Source: Bacillota bacterium (GTDB lineage Bacteria > Bacillota > Clostridia > Christensenellales > SZUA-584). From it: 64,000 nucleotides of DNA. The stretch spans positions 324,693 through 388,692 of the forward strand of contig JAEYOE010000012.1 in the NCBI GenBank assembly GCA_023412005.1, written 5' to 3'. Position numbers and translations under genes: made by a program. Positions 9,681-20,330 of this stretch are shown here, one piece after another (the stretch's first letter is position 1; each line of letters begins with the position of its first letter). The notes below the pieces were generated by a model. It was not told the DNA's origin. It saw only the letters and a list, made by a program, of their open reading frames with translations, and did not search any database.

Positions 9681-10997
9681 ATGAAAGAATATTTCTCCGG
9701 CGTCCCCAAGATTCAGTACAAAGGAAAAGATGGTGACGCGCTGTCTTTCAAATTCTACAACCCCGACGAAAAAATCGGCGGCAAAACGATGAAAGAGCAT
9801 TTGAAGTTTGCCATGTCATACTGGCATACGCTTTGCGGAAACGGTGCGGACGTTTTCGGAATGTCGGGCACGATGGACAAAACATTCGGCGGACTTACCG
9901 AGCGGGAAATTTTTGAGCATAAAGCTTATGCGGGTTTCGAGCTGATGGATAAGCTCGGCATTGATTATTTTTGTTTCCATGATCGTGACATAGCGCCCGA
10001 AGGAGCCACTTTGTCTGAAAGCAACGCGATACTTGATGATTTTATATCGCTGCTGGAAAAGCTGATGAACGATACCGGCAAGAAGCTGCTTTGGGGGACT
10101 GCCAATCTGTTCAGCAATAAACGGTTCCTGCATGGCGCAGCAACCTCATGCAACGCGGACGTGTTTGCGTTTGCGGCGGCACAAATTAAAAAAGCAATGG
10201 AGTGCACGAAGCGACTGAACGGCGATGGGTATGTGTTCTGGGGCGGCCGCGAAGGCTATACCACGCTGCTCAATACCAAGCTCGGGCTGGAGCAGGACAA
10301 TCTGGCGCGTATGCTGACAATGGCATGTGATTATAAAAAGGTTATCGGCTTCGAGGGCGATTTTTACATTGAGCCAAAGCCGATGGAGCCGACAGCGCAT
10401 CAGTACGATTACGATGTGGCGACCGTGCTGGCTTTCCTGCGTAAAAACGGCCTTGAGAAAGATTTCAAGATGAACGTGGAAGCCAACCACGCCACACTCG
10501 CAGGCCATAGCTTTGCGCATGAACTGCGCGTGGCGCGTGAAAACGGCGTGTTCGGTTCGATTGATGCGAATCAGGGTGAGGTTTTCAACGGCTGGGATAC
10601 TGACAACTTCCCGACCAACGTGTATGATATGTCGCTGGCCATGTACGAAGTTATCAAAGCCGGCGGCTTCACCAAAGGCGGCACCAACTTCGATTCCAAG
10701 CTGCGCCGTGAATCCATCGCACCCGAAGATTTGTTCCGCGGTTACATAGTGGGTATGGATACGATGGCGCTCGGCTTTAAGATTGCGCACAAGCTGATTG
10801 AAGACGGCCGCATTGATAAGTTCGTGGAAGACCGTTACGCCAGCTACAAAACCGGCATCGGCGCGAAAATCGTCAGCGGTGATACCGATTTCGCTTCGCT
10901 CGAAAAATATGCGCTGGAAATGGGCGAGGTAAAGACGAATTCGAGCGGTTCGCAGGAATACCTCGAAGGGATCATCAATTCCGTGATATTCGGTTAA
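9681..10997 (+). CDS. xylA: Xylose isomerase
   Basis: Full-length class II XylA of 438 aa, with FCFHDRD, WGGREGY, EPKP and NHATLAGH motifs. Confidence 0.97.
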   Translation: MKEYFSGVPKIQYKGKDGDALSFKFYNPDEKIGGKTMKEHLKFAMSYWHTLCGNGADVFGMSGTMDKTFGGLTEREIFEHKAYAGFELMDKLGIDYFCFHDRDIAPEGATLSESNAILDDFISLLEKLMNDTGKKLLWGTANLFSNKRFLHGAATSCNADVFAFAAAQIKKAMECTKRLNGDGYVFWGGREGYTTLLNTKLGLEQDNLARMLTMACDYKKVIGFEGDFYIEPKPMEPTAHQYDYDVATVLAFLRKNGLEKDFKMNVEANHATLAGHSFAHELRVARENGVFGSIDANQGEVFNGWDTDNFPTNVYDMSLAMYEVIKAGGFTKGGTNFDSKLRRESIAPEDLFRGYIVGMDTMALGFKIAHKLIEDGRIDKFVEDRYASYKTGIGAKIVSGDTDFASLEKYALEMGEVKTNSSGSQEYLEGIINSVIFG

Positions 10998-11025
10998 TAC
11001 ATATATAAGGAAGTACAGCAACACT

Positions 11026-11059
11026 GCCGCATCGTTTTTTATCGCGATGCGGCTTTTTT
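11026..11059 (+). terminator. Intrinsic terminator after xylA
   Basis: Stem GCCGCATCG / CGATGCGGC followed by TTTTTT. Confidence 0.8.
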
Positions 11060-11178
11060 GCGGGCTTAGCCGTTTAACATGGGCCGGAAGATACAGCCGG
11101 TTTTGGCTAGACTGCTGACAAAGATTATTCGTGTCATGGCTGTGAAAAGCAACAAATCCGGTCGTCCGGTCCGCTTTT

Positions 11179-11236
11179 GAGGACGACTGCCTAAGTGGAC
11201 GAATCTCTGTTGCGACAGACTCTTATCCGCTTGCGG
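11179..11236. repeat. Diverged copy of the CTGTTGCRACAG-centred hairpin element
   Basis: GAGGACGACTGCCTAAGTGGACGAATCTCTGTTGCGACAGACTCTTATCCGCTT aligns with 1242-1300. The AAGTGGA / TCCGCTT arms are retained. Confidence 0.4.
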
Positions 11237-11421
11237 GTGCGCAAAACAGGTTGCGTCCGGTTTTCTGGGATGGATTATTTTATCATTAAAAAAATCCAGA
11301 TCAAAAGAGGCATGAGAAACATATGTTAAAAAAAAGCATGACCATCACAAATTTCACTATTCATGAATTTTTACTTATAGTTTAACATGACATCATTAAA
11401 AACATAAGGAGGAACCCCTAG

Positions 11422-12588
11422 ATGTCTAAAAAAATAGGCGGTCTGGTTTTAGCGCTGGTTCTGCTCGTTGCTGCTTTTGCGGCTTGCACAGCTCCGGCGA
11501 CTTCGTCTGCTCCTGCAGAGAGCTCTGCTGTTGCTCCGTCGGAAGCTCCCGCAGAAAGCTCCGCTGCTGCGCCTTCGGATGATTCCGGCGCTGGCAAAGT
11601 TGTTGGCGTAACAATGCCGACAAAGTCTCTCCAGAGATGGAATGAAGACGGTGCGAATGTGAAGGCTGCATTGGAAGCCAAGGGTTACACTGTTGATCTT
11701 CAGTACGCTGATGAGACACAGGCAATGCAGAACAGCCAGATTGAGAACCAGATCACCAAAGGTGTGGACGTTCTCGTTATCGCGTCCATCGATGGTGGCG
11801 CTCTGGGCGGCGTTCTTGAACAGGCTAAGGCTGCCGGAATTCCGGTTATCGCTTACGACAGACTGATCACCAACACCGAAGCGGTTGACTACTATGCAAC
11901 ATTTGACAACTACGGCGTTGGCAAAATGCAGGGCGAATTCATCGAAAAGGCTCTCAAACTTGCTGATGGCGAAAAAGGACCCTTCACGATGGAATGCTTC
12001 GGCGGTGACCCGGGCGACAACAATGCGAAACTGTTCAACAGCGGCGCAATGGACGTTCTTCAGAAGTACATTGACAGCGGCGTGCTCGTCGTGAAGTCAA
12101 AGCAGACTGAGTATCCGGGCGAAATCGCTATCACGAACTGGAAAGCTCAGGGCGCTCAGGACAGAATGGACAACCTGCTGACAGCTTACTATGCGGACGA
12201 GAACATTAACGTAGTGCTCTCCCCGAACGACAGCTTGGCACAGGGTATCGTTGCTTCTCTGAAGGGTGCTGGCTATGGCACAGCTGATAAGCCGTTCCCG
12301 ATCATCACAGGTCAGGACTGCGACAAGATCAACGTGGGTCAGATCATCCGCGGCGAGCAGTCGATGTCCATCTTCAAGGATACCCGTGTTCTTGCGCAGC
12401 AGGTTATTGCGATGACCGATGCTATCCTTGCCGGAAAAGAAGTTCCTGTGAACGCTGAGTACGACAATGGCAAGATCAAAGTGCCGTCCTTCAACTGCGA
12501 AATCAAATTCGCTGACAAGGACAACTGGAAAGCGCTTCTTGTTGACACTGAATACTACAAACTGTCTGATATTCCGGATGCAAAATAA
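11422..12588 (+). CDS. chvE: Multiple-monosaccharide ABC transporter substrate-binding lipoprotein (ChvE-like)
   Basis: Lipobox AAFAAC. Long colinear similarity to Agrobacterium ChvE (DLQYAD, VLVIASIDG, VIAYDRLI, YYATFDN, DNLLTAYY, SIFKDTR). Confidence 0.9.
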   Translation: MSKKIGGLVLALVLLVAAFAACTAPATSSAPAESSAVAPSEAPAESSAAAPSDDSGAGKVVGVTMPTKSLQRWNEDGANVKAALEAKGYTVDLQYADETQAMQNSQIENQITKGVDVLVIASIDGGALGGVLEQAKAAGIPVIAYDRLITNTEAVDYYATFDNYGVGKMQGEFIEKALKLADGEKGPFTMECFGGDPGDNNAKLFNSGAMDVLQKYIDSGVLVVKSKQTEYPGEIAITNWKAQGAQDRMDNLLTAYYADENINVVLSPNDSLAQGIVASLKGAGYGTADKPFPIITGQDCDKINVGQIIRGEQSMSIFKDTRVLAQQVIAMTDAILAGKEVPVNAEYDNGKIKVPSFNCEIKFADKDNWKALLVDTEYYKLSDIPDAK

Positions 12589-12603
12589 ACTGTAATGAGG
12601 GTA

Positions 12604-12635
12604 AATGGCGGCAGCAACGCTGCCGCCATTTTCTT
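12604..12635 (+). terminator. Stem-loop / partial terminator after the binding-protein gene
   Basis: Stem AATGGCGGCAGC / GCTGCCGCCATT followed by TTCTT. It sits inside the operon, before the ATPase gene. Confidence 0.65.
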
Positions 12636-12709
12636 AAATTGAGAATGAAAAGGCTTATATTGAGCCGTTAAGCGGATACGTTTAAGTTTTTTAAACAAGG
12701 AGTGGTCGC

Positions 12710-14263
12710 ATGTCGGAATACATACTGGAAATGGACAATATCACAAAGGAGTTTCCCGGTGTCATCGCTCTTAAGGATGTAACATTTAATGTTAAAAAAG
12801 GCGAGATACATGCACTGGTTGGTGAGAACGGAGCGGGTAAATCCACACTCATGAATGTTTTGAGCGGGATATACCCTTTTGGTACTTACACGGGGAACAT
12901 TATATTCAAGGGAACAGAGTGCAGGTTTAAAAATATACGCGACAGTGAAGGGGTGGGTATTGCCATCATTCATCAAGAACTCGCGTTGAGTCCGTATATG
13001 ACGATAGCGGAGAACATATTCTTAGGGAACGAAAGAGCCAGCAAAGGCATCATCAATTGGGATGAGACCAACAACAAGGCAACCGAACTGATGGAGAAGG
13101 TTGGGCTCAAGGAGAAACGCAGTACATTAATCAAGGATATCGGCGTCGGCAAGCAGCAGTTGGTTGAAATTGCTAAGGCTTTGTCTAAAAACTGTGAGCT
13201 GTTAATATTAGATGAGCCAACGGCAGCGCTCAACGATGACGACTCAAATCATCTGCTCGAACTTTTAAAGCAGCTTAACAAAGAGCAGGGACTGACGTGT
13301 ATCATGATTTCGCATAAACTCCATGAAGTCATTAAGATCGCAGATAACATCACTGTTCTGCGGGACGGCAAAACCATTGAAACGATGCCAAACGATAAGG
13401 ATGTTAACGAAGGCCGGATTATCAAGGGAATGGTTGGCCGAGAAATGATGGACCGCTTCCCGAGACATCAGGCGAAAATCGGTGAAATAGGTTTTGAGAT
13501 TCAGGATTGGGTGGTGCATGATCCGCTTGATGAGGAGAGGGTCGTTATCAACCATGTCAATTTGAATGTGCGTAAGGGCGAGATTGTCGGGCTGGCCGGG
13601 CTAATGGGCGCGGGCAGGACAGAGCTGGCCATGAGCGTTTTTGGCAGAGCATACGGCAAAAAGATATCCGGCAAGCTGATAAAGAACGGCGAAGAAATTG
13701 AAATGCACACTGTCGGCAAGGCAATTGAAAAGGGTATTGCCTATGTGACTGAGGACAGAAAAACAGCCGGGCTTGTTCTGATTCAGGATATTAAGAGCAA
13801 CATTGTTCTTGCTAATCTCAAAGCGATAAGCAAAGGTTCGGTTGTCAACGGTGATGAGGAATTGCTTGTCGGTAAAGAATACCGCGAGAAACTCAGTATC
13901 AAATCCTCAAATGTGTTTCAAAAGGCAGGCAACCTGTCCGGCGGCAATCAGCAAAAGGTGGTACTCAGCAAATGGATATTTGCCGATCCCGATGTGCTGA
14001 TACTGGACGAACCGACACGCGGTATCGACGTCGGCGCCAAATATGAGATATACAAGATCATTCTTCAGTTGGCGGAAAGCGGCAAGTGTGTGATCATGAT
14101 CTCATCCGAACTGCCTGAAATATTGGGAATTACAGATCGGCTATACATTATGAACGAAGGGCGTATCGTCGGTGAAATGCAGACCAGCGAAGCAACGCAG
14201 GTGGGCATTATGTCAACTATCATTCAAAGTTCTGCCGAAGGCTACAGGGGGAATAAAAAATGA
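12710..14263 (+). CDS. mmsA: Sugar ABC transporter ATP-binding protein with duplicated ABC domains (MmsA/GguA-like)
   Basis: Two Walker A / LSGGNQQK signatures. SD AAGGAG. Confidence 0.93.
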   Translation: MSEYILEMDNITKEFPGVIALKDVTFNVKKGEIHALVGENGAGKSTLMNVLSGIYPFGTYTGNIIFKGTECRFKNIRDSEGVGIAIIHQELALSPYMTIAENIFLGNERASKGIINWDETNNKATELMEKVGLKEKRSTLIKDIGVGKQQLVEIAKALSKNCELLILDEPTAALNDDDSNHLLELLKQLNKEQGLTCIMISHKLHEVIKIADNITVLRDGKTIETMPNDKDVNEGRIIKGMVGREMMDRFPRHQAKIGEIGFEIQDWVVHDPLDEERVVINHVNLNVRKGEIVGLAGLMGAGRTELAMSVFGRAYGKKISGKLIKNGEEIEMHTVGKAIEKGIAYVTEDRKTAGLVLIQDIKSNIVLANLKAISKGSVVNGDEELLVGKEYREKLSIKSSNVFQKAGNLSGGNQQKVVLSKWIFADPDVLILDEPTRGIDVGAKYEIYKIILQLAESGKCVIMISSELPEILGITDRLYIMNEGRIVGEMQTSEATQVGIMSTIIQSSAEGYRGNKK

Positions 14264-15477
14264 ACAAACTGAAAGATATGATCAGCCGCAATACGCGGCA
14301 ATACGGGATGCTGTTCGCCTTGCTTGTCATCATGATCTTTTTCGGGATTATGACGGGCGGCAGCTTAATATGGCCGAGAAATGTATCAATGCTCGTGCGT
14401 CAAAACAGCTATGTTTTGATACTGGCCACAGGCATGATGCTCTGCATTCTCACGGGCGGCAACATCGACTTATCTGTCGGTGCGATTGTGGCTCTGGTCA
14501 GCGCGATGTCGGGGCTCATGGGCACAACGCTTGGCTTGCCCGCATGGCTGGCGATTATCATCGCTTTAATAACCGGTCTGCTGGCCGGCATGTGGCAGGG
14601 CTTCTGGATCGCGTTTGTCAAGGTTCCGCCGTTTATCACGACACTCAGCGGTATGTTGGTTTTTCGCGGACTCAACAACATTATTCTTGACGGGCAGACA
14701 TTGGGTCTTCCAGATCTCTTCAAGGTGATCGGGGGCGGCTCAGTTCCGGATGTCATGCCGAAAACTGTGCCGGATTTTCTCGGTATCGGCAGCTTGCTTA
14801 ATCTCGAAAACAAAGTGGAGTTCCTGAATGTCACGACGCTGATTGTCGGACTTGTGCTTTCTGTCATTTACGTCCTTTATTTGTTCTGGAACAGAAGAAG
14901 CAAACTGGCGCGCGGTTATGAAGCGGCTTCGTTCAAGTCGGTTGTTGTGAAGGCTGTTGCGTTCTTCCTCATTATCAACATCTTCTCTTACTGGCTCGCT
15001 ATGGACGAAGGTATCCCGATCCTGCTGATCGTGGTCGCTCTTGTTTTCGCGGTCTACACTTTCATTGCAACCAAGACGATCCCCGGGCGCCACCTATACG
15101 CCATGGGCGGCAATATAAAGGCAGCCGAGCTTTCAGGCATCAACACAAAAAAGATGATGTTCCTCGTGTATTCGAACATGGGGCTGCTCTCGGCGATCGC
15201 CGCTATCATTGTTGCAGGCCGGTTGAATGCTTCTTCGCCAAATGTCGGCACAAACTATGAGCTTGATGCCATCGGCGCGTGCTTCATCGGCGGTGCTTCA
15301 GCATACGGCGGTATCGGCACCATCTGGGGCGCCATGGTTGGCGGCTTCATCATGGGTGTTATGAACAACGGTATGTCGATACTCGGCGTTGACGTGTTTA
15401 TTCAGTTGGTTGCCAAAGGGCTCGTTGTGCTGCTCGCGGTTGCTTTTGACACATACACGAAGTCCAAATCAAGGTAA
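14260..15477 (+). CDS. mmsB: Sugar ABC transporter permease (MmsB/GguB-like)
   Basis: Polytopic membrane protein. ATGA overlap with the ATPase gene. Confidence 0.9.
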   Translation: MNKLKDMISRNTRQYGMLFALLVIMIFFGIMTGGSLIWPRNVSMLVRQNSYVLILATGMMLCILTGGNIDLSVGAIVALVSAMSGLMGTTLGLPAWLAIIIALITGLLAGMWQGFWIAFVKVPPFITTLSGMLVFRGLNNIILDGQTLGLPDLFKVIGGGSVPDVMPKTVPDFLGIGSLLNLENKVEFLNVTTLIVGLVLSVIYVLYLFWNRRSKLARGYEAASFKSVVVKAVAFFLIINIFSYWLAMDEGIPILLIVVALVFAVYTFIATKTIPGRHLYAMGGNIKAAELSGINTKKMMFLVYSNMGLLSAIAAIIVAGRLNASSPNVGTNYELDAIGACFIGGASAYGGIGTIWGAMVGGFIMGVMNNGMSILGVDVFIQLVAKGLVVLLAVAFDTYTKSKSR

Positions 15478-15670
15478 AACGAATCATCTTGTTCGTTATC
15501 AATTCTGACTGCGGACAGGATTGCCAAGAAAGGCCTGAAGAACAGCTGTCAATACAACTGTTTGGATGGCCTTTCTGATATAACCGGGCTTATCTCTGTT
15601 GCCCTCATCGCGTTTGTGTTATAATTCACACAGATACATCCAGTAAAAAATTAAAGGCAGGTTTCGTCGA

Positions 15671-16222
15671 ATGAAGGCTAAGATAACTCATTCAAAGGCC
15701 GGTGAAACGCAGTTGAATTACATCCGAATATACGACAAGCAGCTTTTTCGTTTTCGCATTTTAAAAAAAATTATTGAGGACGCTGGCAATCAAGCCGTAT
15801 TGCTGATTGATACGAATCAAAGCTTATATAAAAATTCCGGCCTCGGTGTATTGGATGGCCTGAGTCAAGCGGGAATAGAACCCGCTGTCATTAAAATTCC
15901 TGTTAACTCGAAATCATTCTTCGGCGTCCAAGTTAACTTCTTAAGCAAAAGTCAAACAGAGTATTTGATTTGTCTGGAGCTTAAGGACCAGCCGCTTACC
16001 GAAAAAATATTTGGCCCTGTGTCTGTATGCGACATTGCGGTGGGTATCAATCAGACAGAACCGATAACCAACCAATTCGGCATGGCCGGCACAGAACCAA
16101 TGATGCTGCTGAAAACCAGCTTTAAGAACTATGTTTACGATTCTATACTGTGTCAATGTATGAACAGCAACTTTGATTTTGCACGATATCTAGGGGAAAT
16201 CGCTGATGAAATGGGTTTATAA
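15671..16222 (+). CDS. Hypothetical 183-aa cytoplasmic protein at the head of the xylose sensor operon
   Basis: Open frame with no signal peptide and no motif I recognise. Its 3' end overlaps the next gene by 17 nt. The SD is weak. Confidence 0.4.
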   Translation: MKAKITHSKAGETQLNYIRIYDKQLFRFRILKKIIEDAGNQAVLLIDTNQSLYKNSGLGVLDGLSQAGIEPAVIKIPVNSKSFFGVQVNFLSKSQTEYLICLELKDQPLTEKIFGPVSVCDIAVGINQTEPITNQFGMAGTEPMMLLKTSFKNYVYDSILCQCMNSNFDFARYLGEIADEMGL

Positions 16223-17201
16223 AACGGCTTTCGGGCTGCTGGTGGCCGTAACAATGGCCGCGGCAGCAGGGTCGTTGTATTTGTATTCACGAGTGAATAG
16301 TATCAATACAACCGAGAGGTACGAATTCCGAAACTATCCTGAGTTTTATTTTTCGTTGATTTTCAACACTCAGGATGATATTTACTGGAAAGAATTTAAG
16401 GAAGGGGCTACCGACGCTGCCAAGCTGTTTAATGTTGCCGTGGAATTCAACGAGGTTCCGGGCCCCGAGAGCAAGGCGAAAATTGTCGAATATATCAACA
16501 TCGCCGTGCAATCGAAGATGGACGGCATAATTGTAACCGGAGAGAGCACTGAAGAGTATAACGAAGCCGTCAGACAAGCCGTCGAATCGGATATCAATGT
16601 GCTTGTGGGCAAGTACAATGCGCTGGAAAGTGACAGAGTGGCTGAGGTGGGAACCAACAGTTATGAATATGGCGCTGATGCCGCAAAACTAATTCTGGAG
16701 CTTGAAAAAGAAGAGGAAGATTCAATTGATCTCGCGATTATACTGTCTGAGGATTTTGTTCAGGATGATGCAATGAACCCGTCACAGAACATGATCACCG
16801 GAATCAGCAAGAAACCCATCAATATTGTCAGTACGTCGTATGGCAAAAGTGGTCTTTTAGGCGCCGAAGACCGTATACGCACCACGCTGACAGAGCATCC
16901 CGATATTGATGTGATTCTTTGCACGAATGCAAAGGATACCATATCTGCTGTCAACGTTATCAGAGAGCGTAATTTGGTTGGCAAGGTTGAAATTGTGGGA
17001 ACGGGTATGACAGAGCAGATTATAGACTATATCAAAAAAGGCGTGATATTCGGCGTGATCGACAGGAAGGGTTATGAAGCCGGTTATGAAAGCGTGAAGG
17101 CGCTGTATCAAAGCATGGGCGGAACGTTTTCCAATAAGTTTATGGACATTAACACCAACACCTATACCGCCGAGAATATCTCGAGTTATGTGAAGCCATG
17201 A
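16206..17201 (+). CDS. Membrane-anchored periplasmic-binding-protein (type I) sensor component
   Basis: A single N-terminal TM helix followed by a PBP type I fold. SD AGGGGA. The stop overlaps the kinase start. Confidence 0.8.
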   Translation: MKWVYKTAFGLLVAVTMAAAAGSLYLYSRVNSINTTERYEFRNYPEFYFSLIFNTQDDIYWKEFKEGATDAAKLFNVAVEFNEVPGPESKAKIVEYINIAVQSKMDGIIVTGESTEEYNEAVRQAVESDINVLVGKYNALESDRVAEVGTNSYEYGADAAKLILELEKEEEDSIDLAIILSEDFVQDDAMNPSQNMITGISKKPINIVSTSYGKSGLLGAEDRIRTTLTEHPDIDVILCTNAKDTISAVNVIRERNLVGKVEIVGTGMTEQIIDYIKKGVIFGVIDRKGYEAGYESVKALYQSMGGTFSNKFMDINTNTYTAENISSYVKP

Positions 17202-18748
17202 AAACGAAGATGTTTAACAAGCTGACAGGAAAAGTGTTTCACAGCGTGCGAACGCGTATGATTCTTGTTTATGTGCTAACGACTGTGCTTATGAGCATCA
17301 CAAGTGTGTTCATTCTTGTGATTTCGGGAAACCTGATCACGCAAATGGATGATATGTTTTCCGCAAACGTTCAAATTGAAGAGTTCATGGGAACAATGCA
17401 GAAAGTTGATGCGAATCTCGCGACGTATTTGAGCAGCGACGATTCTGACAGCCTGCTTGACTATTACAGAACAAGAGATGTCTTGCATGAACAGGCAGGC
17501 CGGATGTTCGATGCAAAGCGGGGTAATTACGATCAGGACGACTTAATTTACAGAGACATTTCCAACATGGTCGAGTCTTACATTGACAAGACGGATATGG
17601 CGGTAAGCAACAAACAGCTTGGCGATGCCGATCAATACATCACTCATTATTCCAAAGCCAATGAGGTTGCGGATTATATCAAGACATATGCGGATCGGCT
17701 CAATTTAAGCAAGGTGAGAATGAACACCACGCAATATCTGGGTATGGCTGATGATTTAAAGACACTGAGCTTCACCAATATCATTTTGATTGTTAGCGTG
17801 ATTTTGCTCAACATTATTATGATTACGAACATGACATACAAAATGACGCACCCGATTATAAAACTCGCGTCGTCGGCGGAGGAGATATCCACCGGCAATT
17901 TTGATATCGAAGATATTGAGGTGGCATCAAAAGACGAGATCAGCATTATGGCGGGTGCCTTTAATGCCATGAAGCACAGCATTAAAGAATACATCAGCGA
18001 GCTTCATGACAAAGCAGATACAGAATCTCAGCTGCTCGAGCAGCAAATCGAGAATCTGAAAATTCAGTCACTGCTGGTGGATGCGCAAATCAAGGCATTG
18101 CAAATGCAGATCAATCCGCATTTTTTGTTTAATACGCTCAATGCCGGTATGCAGCTTGCCATGCTGGAAGGGGCCGAGCGCACATCCGGTTTTCTTGATG
18201 ACATATCGAAAATGTTCCGCTACAATGTAAAAGGATTAAACCGCAAGGTGAAGCTCAAGGAAGAGATCGATTCTGTGCGTGCTTACAGCAACCTGATTTA
18301 TGTGCGGTTTGGCGATATTATTAAATTCAACTACAACATCGATTGCAGCGTGCTTGATATTGATGTGCCGCCGTTGATTATTCAGCCGCTTGTGGAAAAT
18401 GCGACGATTCACGGCATCGGCAATTTGGAGCAGGGCGGTACAATTTCTATTTCAATTGAAAATGACGAGGACTGCGTGCGCATTTCAATTGAGGACGATG
18501 GAATAGGCATAAATGAAAGCACAAAGCAAAAGATATTGGATTGTGAACTGTTCGACAGCGAAAAATCGGGGCATACCACAGGAATCGGTATTGCGAATGT
18601 TGTGCAAAGGCTGCGGTTGTTTTTCGGCGTTGAAGATGTGATTGAGATTAACAGCAGCCCAAACCACGGAACTGAGATTATACTGAAAATTCCGCTTTAT
18701 TCAAATTATAAAATATCGTCGGATGAGGAGAATGACCAAAATGTATAG
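17198..18748 (+). CDS. Sensor histidine kinase, His_kinase (LytS/YesM) type with HAMP
   Basis: QINPHFLFNTLN H-box and HATPase motifs (ENATIHG, DDGIGI, GIGIANV). Two TM helices. Confidence 0.9.
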   Translation: MKTKMFNKLTGKVFHSVRTRMILVYVLTTVLMSITSVFILVISGNLITQMDDMFSANVQIEEFMGTMQKVDANLATYLSSDDSDSLLDYYRTRDVLHEQAGRMFDAKRGNYDQDDLIYRDISNMVESYIDKTDMAVSNKQLGDADQYITHYSKANEVADYIKTYADRLNLSKVRMNTTQYLGMADDLKTLSFTNIILIVSVILLNIIMITNMTYKMTHPIIKLASSAEEISTGNFDIEDIEVASKDEISIMAGAFNAMKHSIKEYISELHDKADTESQLLEQQIENLKIQSLLVDAQIKALQMQINPHFLFNTLNAGMQLAMLEGAERTSGFLDDISKMFRYNVKGLNRKVKLKEEIDSVRAYSNLIYVRFGDIIKFNYNIDCSVLDIDVPPLIIQPLVENATIHGIGNLEQGGTISISIENDEDCVRISIEDDGIGINESTKQKILDCELFDSEKSGHTTGIGIANVVQRLRLFFGVEDVIEINSSPNHGTEIILKIPLYSNYKISSDEENDQNV

Positions 18749-20318
18749 TCTGATGGTGTTTGATGACGAACAAATCGTCATAGAATCGGTTAAGCACATC
18801 GTGGATAATGAATTCACGAACATCCAGGTGACGCAGACGGCGCGCTCGGGCCGGGAAGCGATAGAAAAGGTGCGGCTGGAGCGTCCAGATATCATTTTGA
18901 CCGACATTCGGATGCCGGGCATTAATGGCCTTGAAGCCGTCAAGGAGATTAAGAAAATACACCACAATATCAAATTCATCATCATGTCGGTGTATGAGTA
19001 TTTTGAGTTTGCACAGCAGGCTGTGGAGCTCGGTGCCTGCGAATATTTAACCAAGCCGGTTAATCGCGCGCGGCTGGTGGAAACGCTGGAACGCATTGTG
19101 CGCGAGCTGGATGAGGAAAAACGCAAGTTCGATCAGGAATTGGAGACTAAAGAGAAACTGGACAAAATGCTTTCTGTTTTGGAGCACAGCTTTATTTATT
19201 CACTGCTGCTTTCTCAGGAAGCGGATATCGGCCGCTATAAAGAGCTTTTTGATATTCAATGCGAAACAGGCTACATATTTATTTTAACCTTTGGCGAACG
19301 ATCTTATCAGGAACAAGGCGTGGCTTTGGGTGACAGTGTTCAAAATCAAAAATTCTATACATTTTTCAGAGACAGCCTCAAATACAAAAGCAAATGCATT
19401 GTGGGGCCGGTGATGCTTGATCGCGTCGTGGTATACGTGGCGCAAAGCGTCGAAGATGAATACACACAGCGTGTGGCAGCCATCTCAAACATTGAAAACA
19501 TTGTTAGAAAAATTGAGCACAAGTACAATATGAAATTCAAGGTGGGAATCGGGAAAATCCACTCGGACAGAGATATCCTCATTTCGTATCAAGAAGCTTT
19601 AAAAGCGCTAAACCATACTGAAGGGCAGAAAATCATTCATATTGACGACATCGCACCGAACATTTCCACAATGGGGTTTGAGATGTTCGCGGAGGAAAAC
19701 AGACTGATAAAGGCGATTGAAAAAGGAGACGCGCAGCTTTGTCTTTCCATCTTGACGGATATGTTCAATAAGTATGATAATATTATGGAACAAGAAGGTG
19801 TCCGCAACAGACTTATTGAAATAGTGATTGTGGCACATCGGTTGGCCATGGAAAGCGGCGTGGAGAACGACAAGTGCATTGAATACTCCGATTATTTGTC
19901 TCAACTGCTTGGATGCACCTCTCGGCTGGCGTTTGAGCAGATGCTGATTGAAAAAATCGGCGGCATCGCGCGCCGCATCAGCCGGTCGAAAGAAAAAACC
20001 ATCGGCTTTATTGTGGATAAAGCCAACAAAATCATTGGTGAACGCTTCAATCAGGAACTGACACTTGATGATATCTCTAAAGAACTTTACATAAGCCCGC
20101 AATATTTCAGCAGGCTTTATAAACAGGAAATGGGCACAAACTTCATAGAAAAGCTGACAGCTGTACGTATGGAAAACGCAAAGAAACTGATGAAGAGCGG
20201 TGAGTTGTCAATAAAAGAAATATGCTATATGTCGGGATACAGCGACCCCAATTACTTCAGCAGACTTTTTAAAAAATTCGAAGGCGTATCTCCGTCAACC
20301 TACCAGAAGCAAATTTAA
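18741..20318 (+). CDS. YesN-type response regulator (REC + AraC HTH)
   Basis: REC motifs (VFDDE, ILTDIRMPG, KP). C-terminal AraC HTH (YFSRLYKQEMG...GYSDPNYFSRLFKK). I prefer the ATG at 18741 (GAGGAG SD). Confidence 0.9.
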   Translation: MYSLMVFDDEQIVIESVKHIVDNEFTNIQVTQTARSGREAIEKVRLERPDIILTDIRMPGINGLEAVKEIKKIHHNIKFIIMSVYEYFEFAQQAVELGACEYLTKPVNRARLVETLERIVRELDEEKRKFDQELETKEKLDKMLSVLEHSFIYSLLLSQEADIGRYKELFDIQCETGYIFILTFGERSYQEQGVALGDSVQNQKFYTFFRDSLKYKSKCIVGPVMLDRVVVYVAQSVEDEYTQRVAAISNIENIVRKIEHKYNMKFKVGIGKIHSDRDILISYQEALKALNHTEGQKIIHIDDIAPNISTMGFEMFAEENRLIKAIEKGDAQLCLSILTDMFNKYDNIMEQEGVRNRLIEIVIVAHRLAMESGVENDKCIEYSDYLSQLLGCTSRLAFEQMLIEKIGGIARRISRSKEKTIGFIVDKANKIIGERFNQELTLDDISKELYISPQYFSRLYKQEMGTNFIEKLTAVRMENAKKLMKSGELSIKEICYMSGYSDPNYFSRLFKKFEGVSPSTYQKQI

Positions 20319-20330
20319 GGGAGGTTTTTC